From: Verrucomicrobiota bacterium
Lineage (GTDB): Bacteria; Verrucomicrobiota; Verrucomicrobiia; Limisphaerales; JACQFS01
Assembly (NCBI GenBank): GCA_016199935.1
Contig: JACQFS010000018.1
Coordinates: forward strand, 18,785-82,784
Length of the DNA: 64,000 nucleotides
Direction of reading: 5' to 3'
A program made the translations under genes and the position numbers. Each line of letters begins with the position of its first letter. Position 1 is the stretch's first letter. The notes under the pieces are model-generated. The model saw only the letters and a program-made list of their open reading frames with translations. It was not told the origin of the DNA and ran no database searches. This document shows positions 1 to 11,468 of the stretch, piece after piece.

Positions 1-1432
<1,432 letters not shown>

Positions 1433-1458
<26 letters not shown>

Positions 1459-2371
1459 AGTTCGGCTTCGCCCCGGCCGCCCCCGGCACTTCGCACGCGC
1501 CGCCCCAGATTTTCACCTCCGGCAGCCGGCCGTAGAGCAAGCGGTGGTAGAGACCGCGCGGCAGGAAACGGCGCAGCAGTCCGAACAGGTGCGCATCCGG
1601 CGTCCCGGCCACGCGCAGCGGCGGATTTTTTTGGCGCATCGTCCGCAAAATTACCTCCGCCACGTGCTCGTGCGTGTGGCGCGTCGAGTTCATCAGGCGC
1701 GCGATCATTCGGGCCATGCGGTCGTAGTGATGAAAATACGGACTGGCCGGGTCGTCGTGCGCGCGCTTGCTGGCGGCGGTGTAGCGCGTGTTGAGAAACG
1801 AGTTCGAGTGGATGAAGCCCGGCTGCACGAGGCTGACGTGGATGTTCCACGGGCGCACTTCATACCAGAGCGACTCGGTCGCGCCTTCGAGGGCGAACTT
1901 GCTCGCGCTGTAGAGCGCCATCGTGGGCATCGCCATCATGCCGCCGACGGAGGAGAGGTTGATGATGCGACCGGCGCGCTTCGCCCTCATGCGCGGCAGC
2001 ACGAGTTGGATGAGTTCCATCGGCGCGCGAAAATTGATGTTCATCTGGTCGAGCCGGCCGTCGTCGGTGATGTGCTCGACGACGGCGCGGTAGGCGATGC
2101 CGGCGTTGTTGATGAGCACATCCACGCCGCCCCACTTCGCATCGGCCTCGTCCACGACGCGCTGGCGTTCGGCGGCGGAGGTCACGTCGAGCGCGCGGAG
2201 CCAGACGCGGTCGCTTTCGGAAATGCCGGCGGCGGCAAAGCGCGGGAGCGAACTTTCGCGCGCGGTGAGGATGAGGCGGTGCGGGGTGGGGAGAAGTTTG
2301 CGCGCCAGCGCGAGGCCCAGGCCCGTGCTCGCGCCCGTCACCAGAACCACTGGATGGGAATCGGAGTTCAT
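1433..2371 (-). CDS. SDR family oxidoreductase
   Basis: TGASTGLG, NNAG and YSASK motifs; start moved to ATG 2371 (MNSDSHPVVLVT). Confidence 0.9.
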
Positions 2372-2449
2372 ACCGGGCCGTTCGTGAGTGGAAGCAGTGT
2401 GCGCCCGCCCCGGTGGCTTGGCAACTGCGCTCGCGCCCTTGAGGCCTCG

Positions 2450-2616
2450 CGCCGCGGCTTTGTGAACCTCACCGACACCGTGGAAGAACTCGTGCGCCGC
2501 AGTGGCGTCAAGGAGGGGTTTTGCCTGGTCAACGCGATGCACATCACGCGGCGGGGTCCATCAACGACAACGCGGGCGACCTGCTGCACGACTACGAGGT
2601 GTGGCTGGAAAAACTC
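2450..2616 (+). pseudogene. yjbQ: YjbQ/UPF0047 family, N-terminal fragment
   Basis: RRGFVNLTDTVEELVRRSGVKEGFCLVNAMHIT, a frameshift, then INDNAGDLLHDYEVWLEKL; no intact start. Confidence 0.8.
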
Positions 2617-2999
2617 ATGGGCAGCAGCGATCGGATCGGTGAACTGGAGGTCCGGCTCCTGCAACTCGGCGCTCGGAATGCAGGCGAGGATCGCCAGTGG
2701 GAAGTCATTTCCGAAACATTGTCGAACCACCGGTCGAAACTTAAGGCAGCGAACGTCGCGTTCGACCAGAGAGCTGGGGCGATCTCTTTCGTTCCCCTCA
2801 ATCACACGCCTGTGCTGAGCGTGAATTCGCCTGTGCCAGGAAGGTGTGCGCTTCGCATCTTTGAAAAAACTGAGGGTCGGCGACCCGGCCCGAGGCATTT
2901 TTCCTGGGCGGCGGCGTTGACGGCGGGGGAAATATTTGCATCAATACTCATGAACGAGAGGGAATTCCCCGACTCAGACCGGCCACGATTCTCGCGCCC

Positions 3000-5624
3000 A
3001 TGAGTGACACACAAGCCCTGCCCTACCGGCCACTGAGCCGGCTGGTGCCCGCCGCACTCTGGCGGCGGCGTTCCGCCGTCGGCCGGGCCGTGCTGGAAGC
3101 GCCCGAGGAGGCCGGGCCGCGACCGTCGGCTTCCGACCGGCCGCGGGTGCGCGGGAAATTTATTTTTGTCGGTGGGGAAAAGCTGCTGGTCAAGGGCGTG
3201 ACCTACGGCACGTTCCGGCCCAACGAGGAGGGCGAGCCTTATCCACCGCTGCCGCAGGTCAAACGTGACTTCCAGCAGATGCGCGAGGCGGGGATCAACA
3301 CCGTGCGCTTTTACACGCCGCCCTCGAACCGCATCGCGGACGCGGCGGCGGAGGCGGGGCTGTTCATCATCCCGGAAATCTGCTGGGGTCCGCGGCGCTG
3401 CGAGCTGGATGATCCCGAGCGGGTGAAGTTCATTTTCCAGTGGGTGCGCGAACACGCCAAACGGCTGGCGAGGCATCCGGCGGTGCTGATGTATTCCATC
3501 GGCAACGAGATCCCGCCGTTGCTGGTTCGCTGGTATGGCCGCGAGCGAATCGAACAATTCCTGCGCGACATCGCCGAGGCCGTGCGCGAGGAGGCGCCCG
3601 GCACGCTGCTGACTTACGTCAATCATCCGCCCACCGAGTATCTGCACCTGCCGTTCATTGATGTCCTGTCGTTCAACATCTATCTGGAACGCGAGCCGGA
3701 GTTCCGCGCCTACCTGGCGCGCCTGCAGTCCTTGTCGGGCGACAAGCCGCTGATGCTCGCCGAGTTGGGGCTGGACGCGCACCGCAACGGCGACCGGGCG
3801 CAGGCACGGTTCATGGACTGGCAACTTCGAGCGGCGTTCGAGAAGGGGTTGGCGGGGGCGGTGATTTTTTCGTGGACGGATGAGTGGGGGATTTTCGGCA
3901 CGGAGATCGTGGGCTGGTCGTTCGGGCTGACCCGTGGCGACCGGTCGCCGCGGGTGGCGTTGCGGTTCGTGAGCCGGATTTTTCACTCCAGCCTGACGCG
4001 GCTGCGGCCCGGCGTGAAGCCGATGGTCTCCGTGGTGGTATGCTGCTACAACGCCGCGAAGACGCTGGAGGAATGTCTGCGCTCCCTGGCGAAGCTGCGC
4101 TACCCCAATTACGAGATCATCGGCATTGACGACGGCTCCAGTGACCACTCGCACAAGATCATGGAGCAGTTCGGGGTGCGCCGCATCCAGGTGCCCAACG
4201 GCGGCCTGAGCCTCGCGCGCAATCTCGGCATCGAGGCGGCCCGCGGCGAGATCATCGCCTTCATCGACTCAGACGCCTACGCCGATCCGGACTGGCTCTA
4301 CTACCTCGTCACGGCGATGGAGGAAAAGGAGGCGGTGGCCGCGGGCGGGCCGAATCTTTCTCCGCCGGAGGACGGCTTCACGTCGCAGTGCGTGGACCAC
4401 GCGCCCGGCAATCCGACGCATGTGCTGACGGATGACGAACTCGCCGAGCATGTGCCCGGCTGCAACATGGCGTTCCGCAAGGACGCGCTGAAGGAGATCG
4501 GCATGTTCGATCCCACGCACCGCGCGGCCGGCGACGACGTGGATGTGTGCTGGAAGCTGCTGGTGCGGCGGAAAAAAATCGCCTTCAGTCCCACCGCGGT
4601 GGTCTGGCATCACCGCCGATCCTCGATCCGGACGTTCCTGCGGCAGCAGCGCGGCTACGGATTTGCCGAGGCGCATCTCGCGAACCGCTACCCGGGGCGC
4701 TACAACTTTTTCGGCTACGCGGTCTGGCGCGGCGGCATTTACGACGGGGTTCATGCCGGTCTGCGGCGGGAAGGGGTGCCGCTCCTGTTCGGTCCGTCGC
4801 GGGTGTATCAGGGACAGTTCGGCAGCGCGCAGTTTCAATCCATCTACCAGCCGTTTCAAACGTGGTGGTTTCAGATTTTCACGACGGTCGAGTGGCAGGC
4901 GCTGACGCTGGCCGCGACGCTCTCCGGCGCGTTGGTGCTGCCGCACGGAAAATGGATGGCGCTCGCTCCGTTGCTCGTCGCCGTGCTCATGCTCGCGGCC
5001 CTGATCGGCGCGGCGGTGACGGCGGGACTCCACGCGGCCAGGCTTCGCAACTGGCGCGGCTGGCAGCGGACCGGTGGCATCCTCACGGTGGCGTTTCTCC
5101 ATTTCGCGCAACCGCTGGCTCGGGCGCGCGGACGGATCAGCGGATGGTTTTCGGCCCGCAAGGAACGCATCGAATACCCCGCCGTGCAGCGGCTCTGGGG
5201 CAACCTGGAGAAGCGTGAGGAGTGGTTGAACCGGCTGTTGGAGCACCTGCGCGACTGCGGTTGGGTCGCGAACCCCGCGTGCGAATTCAGTTCCGGCGAC
5301 CTCGAGGTATCGGGACCGGGGCCGTGCCGGGTTGAGATCACGTCCTTGTATGAGGAACAACTGGAAAAAAATTATTACTTCGTCCGCTTCCGTCTCACCG
5401 CGCGTTACAAGCCTGGTGCCTGGGCGGTGATGGCCGCGCTGGCCGTTCCGCTCGGCCTCGCGTGTTTCCATTGGTGGAGTCTGCCCCTGGCGCTGCCCGC
5501 CGCTTTTTTCTTGTGGCGTCATCTGAAGGCCCGGCAGGACATGACGCGCGCCGTGTCCCAACTCGCCCTCGAAGTCGCCGAGGCGTGCGCCATGCCACGC
5601 GTTGATTCCAAGTGGGGATGCTGA
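3000..5624 (+). CDS. Clan-A glycoside hydrolase (GH2/GH5-like TIM barrel) fused to a GT2 glycosyltransferase with C-terminal TM segments
   Basis: GH motifs SIGNEIP and LAELG; GT2 motifs DDGS, IDSDA, GCNMAFR, GDDVD, QQRGY; hydrophobic C-terminus. Confidence 0.85.
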   Translation: MSDTQALPYRPLSRLVPAALWRRRSAVGRAVLEAPEEAGPRPSASDRPRVRGKFIFVGGEKLLVKGVTYGTFRPNEEGEPYPPLPQVKRDFQQMREAGINTVRFYTPPSNRIADAAAEAGLFIIPEICWGPRRCELDDPERVKFIFQWVREHAKRLARHPAVLMYSIGNEIPPLLVRWYGRERIEQFLRDIAEAVREEAPGTLLTYVNHPPTEYLHLPFIDVLSFNIYLEREPEFRAYLARLQSLSGDKPLMLAELGLDAHRNGDRAQARFMDWQLRAAFEKGLAGAVIFSWTDEWGIFGTEIVGWSFGLTRGDRSPRVALRFVSRIFHSSLTRLRPGVKPMVSVVVCCYNAAKTLEECLRSLAKLRYPNYEIIGIDDGSSDHSHKIMEQFGVRRIQVPNGGLSLARNLGIEAARGEIIAFIDSDAYADPDWLYYLVTAMEEKEAVAAGGPNLSPPEDGFTSQCVDHAPGNPTHVLTDDELAEHVPGCNMAFRKDALKEIGMFDPTHRAAGDDVDVCWKLLVRRKKIAFSPTAVVWHHRRSSIRTFLRQQRGYGFAEAHLANRYPGRYNFFGYAVWRGGIYDGVHAGLRREGVPLLFGPSRVYQGQFGSAQFQSIYQPFQTWWFQIFTTVEWQALTLAATLSGALVLPHGKWMALAPLLVAVLMLAALIGAAVTAGLHAARLRNWRGWQRTGGILTVAFLHFAQPLARARGRISGWFSARKERIEYPAVQRLWGNLEKREEWLNRLLEHLRDCGWVANPACEFSSGDLEVSGPGPCRVEITSLYEEQLEKNYYFVRFRLTARYKPGAWAVMAALAVPLGLACFHWWSLPLALPAAFFLWRHLKARQDMTRAVSQLALEVAEACAMPRVDSKWGC

Positions 5625-7405
5625 AAAAACTTCTGCCGTATTGGCGGCCGAACCGCGGCCTGACCGTGGTGGGCATTGCGCTGCTTGCCGCCGCCGCCGC
5701 CGTGGAACTGGCGCTTCCGTGGCCGATGAAATGGCTCGTGGATCACATCTTCGCTGATCGTCCGTCGTCGGCGTGGTTGCAAGCGTTGCTGCCGGGATTT
5801 TCCTCGGGCGAAAAAATGACCGCGGTTGCCGCGCTGTGCGGCCTCAACGTGCTGCTCGCCGTCGGTCACCGCTGGCTGACGGCGGCCGGGCAGATGGCCA
5901 TCATCCGCGTCGGCGGGCTGCTGACGCTGTCCCTGCGCGCGCGCGGTTACGAGCAATTCTGCCGGCTCTCCCTTTCCTATCACGATCGCACCCGCGTGGG
6001 CGACTCGCTCTACCGCATCGCCTACGACACGCACGCGGGCATGACGCTCATCAGCGGGGCCCTGGTGCCGTTGTTGCAGGGGTCGCTCGTCTTCGCGGGT
6101 GTAATTTTGATTCTGCTGCGGATGGATGTCGCGCTCACCATCGTGGCCGCCGCCGCCGGCCCAGTGTTCTGGCTGTGCATCCGGAAGTTCGGCCGGCAAA
6201 TCGAGGAAGGTTCGCGGAAATATCACGACCACGAGAGCGTCATCCTTTCCACCGTCCAGGAATCGCTTTCCTCGATGCGCACGGTGCAGGCGTTCACGCG
6301 CGAGCCGGACACCAGCCTGCGATTCCGCAAGCAGGCGACGGACAGCTTTCTCGCCAACTTGCGGCTGGTGAAGCTGCAGCTTTTGTTTTCCGGCACGGTC
6401 GGCGTGGTGATGGCGGTGGGCACGGCGTTCGCGATTTTCTTCGGGGCGCAACGTGTCCTCGACGGCACGCTCTCGGTGGGCGACGTCCTCGTGTTCCTCG
6501 CCTACTTGGGAATGCTCTATCAACCCGTCAACGCCTTCAGCCAGTCGGCGTCGGTCGTGCGCTCCGCTTCGGCGCAACTGGCGCGCGTCTTCGAGGTGCT
6601 CGACGCGGTTCCCGAAATCACGGACAAGCCCGGCGCTCCGTCGCCAGCGCGCGTGGAAGGCCGGGTGGAGTTTCGCAACGTCACCTTCGGCTACGAGCCG
6701 GGCCGGCCGGTGCTCAAGGATGTGTCGTTCGTCGCGCAGCCCGGCGAGGTCATCGCGTTGGTCGGCCCCACCGGCGCGGGCAAGAGCACGCTGGCGAGCC
6801 TGCTGTTGCGCTTTTACGACCCGACCGACGGGGGAGTGCTGCTGGACGGAACCAATCTTTGCGAACTGCGCCTGGCGTGGGTGCGGCAACAGGTGAGCGT
6901 CGTCTTGCAGGAGGCGCTGCTGTTGTCGGGTTCCGTGCGCGACAACATCGCCTATGGCCGGCCTGGGGCCACGCTCGCGGAAATCGAGGAGGCGGCGCGC
7001 AAGGCTCAGGCCGATGAGTTCATCCGCGCGCTGCCCGATGGCTACGAGACCAACCTCGCCGAGCGCGCGGTGAACCTCTCTGGCGGACAGAAACAGCGGC
7101 TCGCCATCGCCCGCGCTTTTTTGAAGAATGCGCCCATCCTCGTGCTCGACGAGCCGACCTCGGCGCTCGATGCACAGACCGAGGAGGCATTGCTCGCGGC
7201 GCTGCGCCAACTGGTGCGCGGGCGGACGACGTTCATCATCGCGCACCGGTTTTCCACCGTGCGCCTCGCCAACCGCATCCTCGTGCTCAGAGACGGACGC
7301 ATCGTGGAACAAGGCCCGCATGATGAACTGATGCGTGGCGACACCCTCTATCGCCAGCTTCACGCGAGCCAGCGAGGCGAGGCGGACACGGTGCCTGCCG
7401 CCTGA
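5618..7405 (+). CDS. ABC exporter, fused TMD and NBD (MsbA/NdvA-like)
   Basis: GPTGAGKS, LSGGQKQR, LVLDEPTS, IAHR; N-terminal TM domain; overlaps the upstream stop. Confidence 0.92.
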   Translation: MLKKLLPYWRPNRGLTVVGIALLAAAAAVELALPWPMKWLVDHIFADRPSSAWLQALLPGFSSGEKMTAVAALCGLNVLLAVGHRWLTAAGQMAIIRVGGLLTLSLRARGYEQFCRLSLSYHDRTRVGDSLYRIAYDTHAGMTLISGALVPLLQGSLVFAGVILILLRMDVALTIVAAAAGPVFWLCIRKFGRQIEEGSRKYHDHESVILSTVQESLSSMRTVQAFTREPDTSLRFRKQATDSFLANLRLVKLQLLFSGTVGVVMAVGTAFAIFFGAQRVLDGTLSVGDVLVFLAYLGMLYQPVNAFSQSASVVRSASAQLARVFEVLDAVPEITDKPGAPSPARVEGRVEFRNVTFGYEPGRPVLKDVSFVAQPGEVIALVGPTGAGKSTLASLLLRFYDPTDGGVLLDGTNLCELRLAWVRQQVSVVLQEALLLSGSVRDNIAYGRPGATLAEIEEAARKAQADEFIRALPDGYETNLAERAVNLSGGQKQRLAIARAFLKNAPILVLDEPTSALDAQTEEALLAALRQLVRGRTTFIIAHRFSTVRLANRILVLRDGRIVEQGPHDELMRGDTLYRQLHASQRGEADTVPAA

Positions 7406-7421
7406 CAGTGCCCGGCGACCG

Positions 7422-8681
7422 TCACTGCGCGCGCAACGATTCGATCGGGTCGAGTCGCGACGCCCGCAGCGCGGGGTAAATGCCGGCGGCGATCCCAACG
7501 ATCACGCAGCCCGCCAAGCCGGCAACCACCGCCGCCAGCGGCAGCACCGGCCGCACCTCGAACAGCATCGCACCGAGGTTCCCGCCACCCACGCCGAGCA
7601 GAATTCCCAGCAGGCCGCCAGCCGCGCAGAGGGCGACGGCTTCGGCCAGGAATTGAAACAGGATGTCGCGCGGACGCGCGCCCACGGCGAGGCGGACGCC
7701 AATTTCCCGCGTGCGTTGCGCCACGGCGGCGAGCATCACGTTCATCACGCCCGCCGCCGCGGCGAGCAAGGCGACGAGCGAGACGCCCAGACCGCCGGCG
7801 CGGATTTGGCGGTCGAGCTGCGCGAACTTCGCGCGCAACGCCGCGTTGGACCAGATTTCAAAATCATCCGGCTCGCCGGGTCGAAGCCCGCGGCTGGTTC
7901 GCAACCAGCCCCGCGCCTCCTCCACGGCGGCGTCGAAGCTGCGCGCGTCCGGGGCCTCGACGAGGACGGACACATTGATGCGCCCACCGTAGCGGCGCAG
8001 GCCGGTGGTCAGCGGAATCAGCAACACATTGTCCTGCGACTGGCCGAACATGGCGCCCTTGGCTTCGAGCACGCCGACCACGGTGAGCCGCCAGCCATCC
8101 AGATTCACCCGCTCGTCCAGCGCGCTGCCGGAGGGGAAAAGCTTTTGCGCCAGGCCGGCCCCGAGCACACACACGGCCGCGTTGGCGTCGAGGTCCGCCG
8201 CCGTGAGCGCCCGGCCCGCGGCCACTTCAAGCGTGCGGCAGGGGAAAACGCCGGGAGTGACACCGAACAACTCCGCGTTGCCGGAACTGCGCGACCATCG
8301 CGATTGGATTTCACCGGCCGACAGCGTGGCCTCCGCGCCCGCGCTGCGGCAGGCGCGCAACTTCCCGAGCAGATCGCCGATGAGCGCGTAGTCGAAGCCG
8401 CGCCGGCCCTTGCGCAGGTCGGCGGGCAGTTGCTCCGGCCGGTGATACACCGCGAAGGTTTGCGCGCTGAACTGCGTGGACTGCCGGGCCACGTCCTCCT
8501 CGATGGCCCGGATGGCGGTCGCGGCCAGGATGATGGAAAACATTCCGACCGTCACCGCGAGCAGTGTGAGTCCCGTTCGCAACGGATTCGTCACCAGCGC
8601 GCGGCGCGCGGCGCGCAACGCCGCGGCACCAACGGGCCAGCGGTCACGGAGCGCCTCCAAGCGGTGCGGGCGTTCATTCAT
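7422..8681 (-). CDS. MacB/FtsX-family ABC permease
   Basis: NPLRTGLTLLAVTVG, GVMNVMLAAVAQRTREIGVRLAVGA, LDPIESLR; start at ATG 8681. Confidence 0.9.
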   Translation of the reverse strand: MNERPHRLEALRDRWPVGAAALRAARRALVTNPLRTGLTLLAVTVGMFSIILAATAIRAIEEDVARQSTQFSAQTFAVYHRPEQLPADLRKGRRGFDYALIGDLLGKLRACRSAGAEATLSAGEIQSRWSRSSGNAELFGVTPGVFPCRTLEVAAGRALTAADLDANAAVCVLGAGLAQKLFPSGSALDERVNLDGWRLTVVGVLEAKGAMFGQSQDNVLLIPLTTGLRRYGGRINVSVLVEAPDARSFDAAVEEARGWLRTSRGLRPGEPDDFEIWSNAALRAKFAQLDRQIRAGGLGVSLVALLAAAAGVMNVMLAAVAQRTREIGVRLAVGARPRDILFQFLAEAVALCAAGGLLGILLGVGGGNLGAMLFEVRPVLPLAAVVAGLAGCVIVGIAAGIYPALRASRLDPIESLRAQ

Positions 8682-9900
8682 GGCGCAGGGCTTCGATGGG
8701 TTCAAGACGCGCGGCGCTGTGCGCCGGCATCGAGCCGGCGAACAGCCCGAGCAGCAGCGCGACCGCCGCGCCGGTGCAGACCACGGTCCACGACAGCGTG
8801 GCCGGCAGCCAGCGGCCCAGCACCGGGACGAGCGGCACTGCGAGCAGGGTGGCGGCCGCCGCACCCGCGAGACAAATCAACGCCGCTTCAAACAGAAACT
8901 GCGCGCGGATGGCCGTCTCTCTCGCGCCGATGGCTTTGCGGATGCCGATCTCGCGGGTGCGCTCGGTCACGGTCATGAACATGATGTTCGTGATGCCGCT
9001 GCCCGCGACGAACAGCGCCAGTCCCGTCAGAAAAAATCCCAGGCCCGCGACCGTGCGGCTGACGCGGCGGTAGGAATTCACGAAGCCGCCCTGCTGGTTG
9101 ACGGCGAAGTTGTCCGGCTGGACGGGGGCGAGCCGGCGGGCCTTGCGCAGGATGCCACGAATTTCTTCCGTCAGATCGTCGAGTTCGGACACGGCGCGGG
9201 CCTTGGCGAGAATCGCGACGTCGGGTTCATAGCCGAATTCCCGCACGAAACGGGACAGCGGAATGATCAACTGTCGGTCGAGATCCTGCGCCCCGAACGC
9301 CTGGCGGCTCCAGTCGAGCACGCCGATGACTTCAAACACCGCGTTGCGCAGCTTGACTTGCGCGCCCGGCGGCGGTGCGCCGGCGAAAAGTTCCTCGGCC
9401 AGTCTGGGTCCGAGCAGGCACACGGGGCGCTCGCGCTGGACGTCCTCTGGCAGAAGCTGTCGCCCGGCCAGCAGGTCGTAGCTACGGACCACAGCCGCAT
9501 TGGCCGTGTGGCCAACGATCATTACCTTCTCCGCGGTGCGTCCGCGGAAGACGACGGACTGATCTTCATGCGCTTCCATCGCCACGGCCAACGCGAGGCG
9601 GGACTCGCGCGCGACGGCATCGCCTTCCGTGCGCGTGACGTAAGGCCGGCCGCGCCGTTCCCACCACGGTTCGGAACCCGCCCACGAAAACCGTTGCACG
9701 TAGAGCACGTCCGTGCCGATGGCCGACGCGGTGCGGTTCACGGCGGCGTCCATTCCCGCGAGCGCCGAGGCGATGAGGATGAACGTCAGCAGGCCCACCA
9801 CAACGCTGAACATCGCCAGCGCGGAGCGAAGGCGGTTGCGCGCGACGCTTACTGCGGCTAGCCGCAACGCCCGGGCGATCTCTTGAAGACGCCAGTTCAT
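8674..9900 (-). CDS. MacB/FtsX-family ABC permease
   Basis: NRLRSALAM, GITNIMFMTVTERTREIGIRKAIGA, LEPIEALRHE. Confidence 0.9.
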   Translation of the reverse strand: MNWRLQEIARALRLAAVSVARNRLRSALAMFSVVVGLLTFILIASALAGMDAAVNRTASAIGTDVLYVQRFSWAGSEPWWERRGRPYVTRTEGDAVARESRLALAVAMEAHEDQSVVFRGRTAEKVMIVGHTANAAVVRSYDLLAGRQLLPEDVQRERPVCLLGPRLAEELFAGAPPPGAQVKLRNAVFEVIGVLDWSRQAFGAQDLDRQLIIPLSRFVREFGYEPDVAILAKARAVSELDDLTEEIRGILRKARRLAPVQPDNFAVNQQGGFVNSYRRVSRTVAGLGFFLTGLALFVAGSGITNIMFMTVTERTREIGIRKAIGARETAIRAQFLFEAALICLAGAAAATLLAVPLVPVLGRWLPATLSWTVVCTGAAVALLLGLFAGSMPAHSAARLEPIEALRHE

Positions 9901-9906
9901 CGCCGG

Positions 9907-11085
9907 CTACGGCTGAAGCCGGACTCGGAGGCCGTCCTGCAAATCGCGGCTCAACGCCTTGTAGCCGCCGGACACGACGGTTTCACCCTCGGCGACGCCC
10001 TCGATGATTTCCGTAAAACGCTCCTCGCTGATGCCGCGCTTGACGGGTTTCATCCGCGCCTTGTCCCCCGCCACCACGAAAACGACTTCGCCCAGCCGGC
10101 TTTCCCCGGCGCCGCCGCCAGCAACGCGCAAGGGCCGGGCGGCGACGCTTTGGATCGGAACGCTCAAGACGTTCTCACGGCGCTGCGTTTCGATTTGCGC
10201 CGTCACGGTCATGCCGGGCCGGAAACTTCCCGGCTCCCTGAGGCGGATGCGCACTTCGAATTTCACCGCTTCAGTCGTTCCGCTCGCGGGCGCATCCTTG
10301 GCGATGCTGGCGATCTCCGTCACCACTCCGGGAAACCTCTGCTCCTTGAACGATTCGGAGCCAAGCCACGCCGTTTGCCCGGCCCGGATCGCACCCAGAT
10401 CCATCTCGGCGATGTCCACGCGCGCCTCCATGCGCGACAAGTCCGCGATGGTCATCACCTCCGTGCCGGCCATGGTGGCGGTGCCCACGATCCGTTCGCC
10501 CACTTGCGAATTGAGACGGACCAGCGTGCCGTCAATCGGGGAAAAAATCGTCGCGCGCGTCAGTTCCTCCTCCGCGCGGACCAGCGCGGATTTCGCCATG
10601 TCGGCCTGGTGCTTCGCGATGGAAGATTGCGCAGCGGCGACGTCGCGCCCGGTGGCGGCCTCCACATAGGCAGCTTCGGAAACGAGACGGTCCTTGAACA
10701 TTCCCTTGACCCGGCCGAACTCCAGTTCGGCTTTCGACTGGTTGGCCTGCGTAAGCGCCCAGTTGGCCTCGGCGGACCGTTGCGCCGCCTCCGACGAATT
10801 GCGCGCGGCCAGGTAGGCGTCGGGTTTGATCCTCAACACCAAAGCGCCTTTTCGCACCGGCTGGCCCTCCTTGAAGGGCAGTTCGATGATTTCACCGCTG
10901 ACCTCCGGACTGATCTTCACCTGCATCGCCGGATGAATGCGCCCCGTGGCGGTTACCGCCTCCACGATCGTGCGGCGCTTTACCTTGTCGGTTTCGACAG
11001 TCACCTGGTTCTCGATCGGACGGCGCAGGAAAAGAGCCACCGCGACCGCGACGAGCAGTCCGGCGGCGATCAGTAATTTCTTCAT
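9907..11085 (-). CDS. MacA/HlyD-family membrane fusion protein
   Basis: N-terminal anchor, VKISPEVSGEIIEL, coiled coil, SPIDG, PGMT. Confidence 0.9.
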   Translation of the reverse strand: MKKLLIAAGLLVAVAVALFLRRPIENQVTVETDKVKRRTIVEAVTATGRIHPAMQVKISPEVSGEIIELPFKEGQPVRKGALVLRIKPDAYLAARNSSEAAQRSAEANWALTQANQSKAELEFGRVKGMFKDRLVSEAAYVEAATGRDVAAAQSSIAKHQADMAKSALVRAEEELTRATIFSPIDGTLVRLNSQVGERIVGTATMAGTEVMTIADLSRMEARVDIAEMDLGAIRAGQTAWLGSESFKEQRFPGVVTEIASIAKDAPASGTTEAVKFEVRIRLREPGSFRPGMTVTAQIETQRRENVLSVPIQSVAARPLRVAGGGAGESRLGEVVFVVAGDKARMKPVKRGISEERFTEIIEGVAEGETVVSGGYKALSRDLQDGLRVRLQP

Positions 11086-11323
11086 CGTTGAAACGGATTT
11101 AGTGTCGCATCTAGGTCGCCTGTGCTGGTGAACGCGAGCCAGCCCACGCCACAGGCCTTTTCATCGCGGAAGGCGGATACAATCATTCTTTTTTTCAAAA
11201 GTTTTCATCGCCGACCGCACCAGTGGCGCGCGAAGCCAGTTTCATCCCGATGATGTTGACTCCGTCGGTTCTGCGCGTCGAGCGAAGTCTGAACTTTCCC
11301 GGTGCAGAACGCTTGGCGCGACT

Positions 11324-11418
11324 GGGAAATTGGCCTTCGGCCCGTGGGAGCAGATTTTCTACGGCGAGTTCGACGGCCGCCGGCGCAGCGGGCGCTGGTG
11401 AAAATCATCGGCGAATGA
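11324..11418 (+). pseudogene. yjbQ: YjbQ/UPF0047 family, C-terminal fragment
   Basis: [21 protein letters not shown], a 1-nt frameshift, then RALVKIIGE and TGA; matches the canonical YjbQ C-terminus. Confidence 0.85.
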
Positions 11419-11468
11419 GCGCACAGGAGCTTTGCGTCGGCCGGCGGTTGGGTTAATCCTTTCCGGCC

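Noticed and set aside
2521-3003. 160-aa ORF, or a 17-aa leader peptide (2950-3003), coupled to GH-GT2
   Set aside because: The long ORF is a chimera of the yjbQ remnant and unrelated sequence; no support for the short peptide beyond an ATGA overlap.
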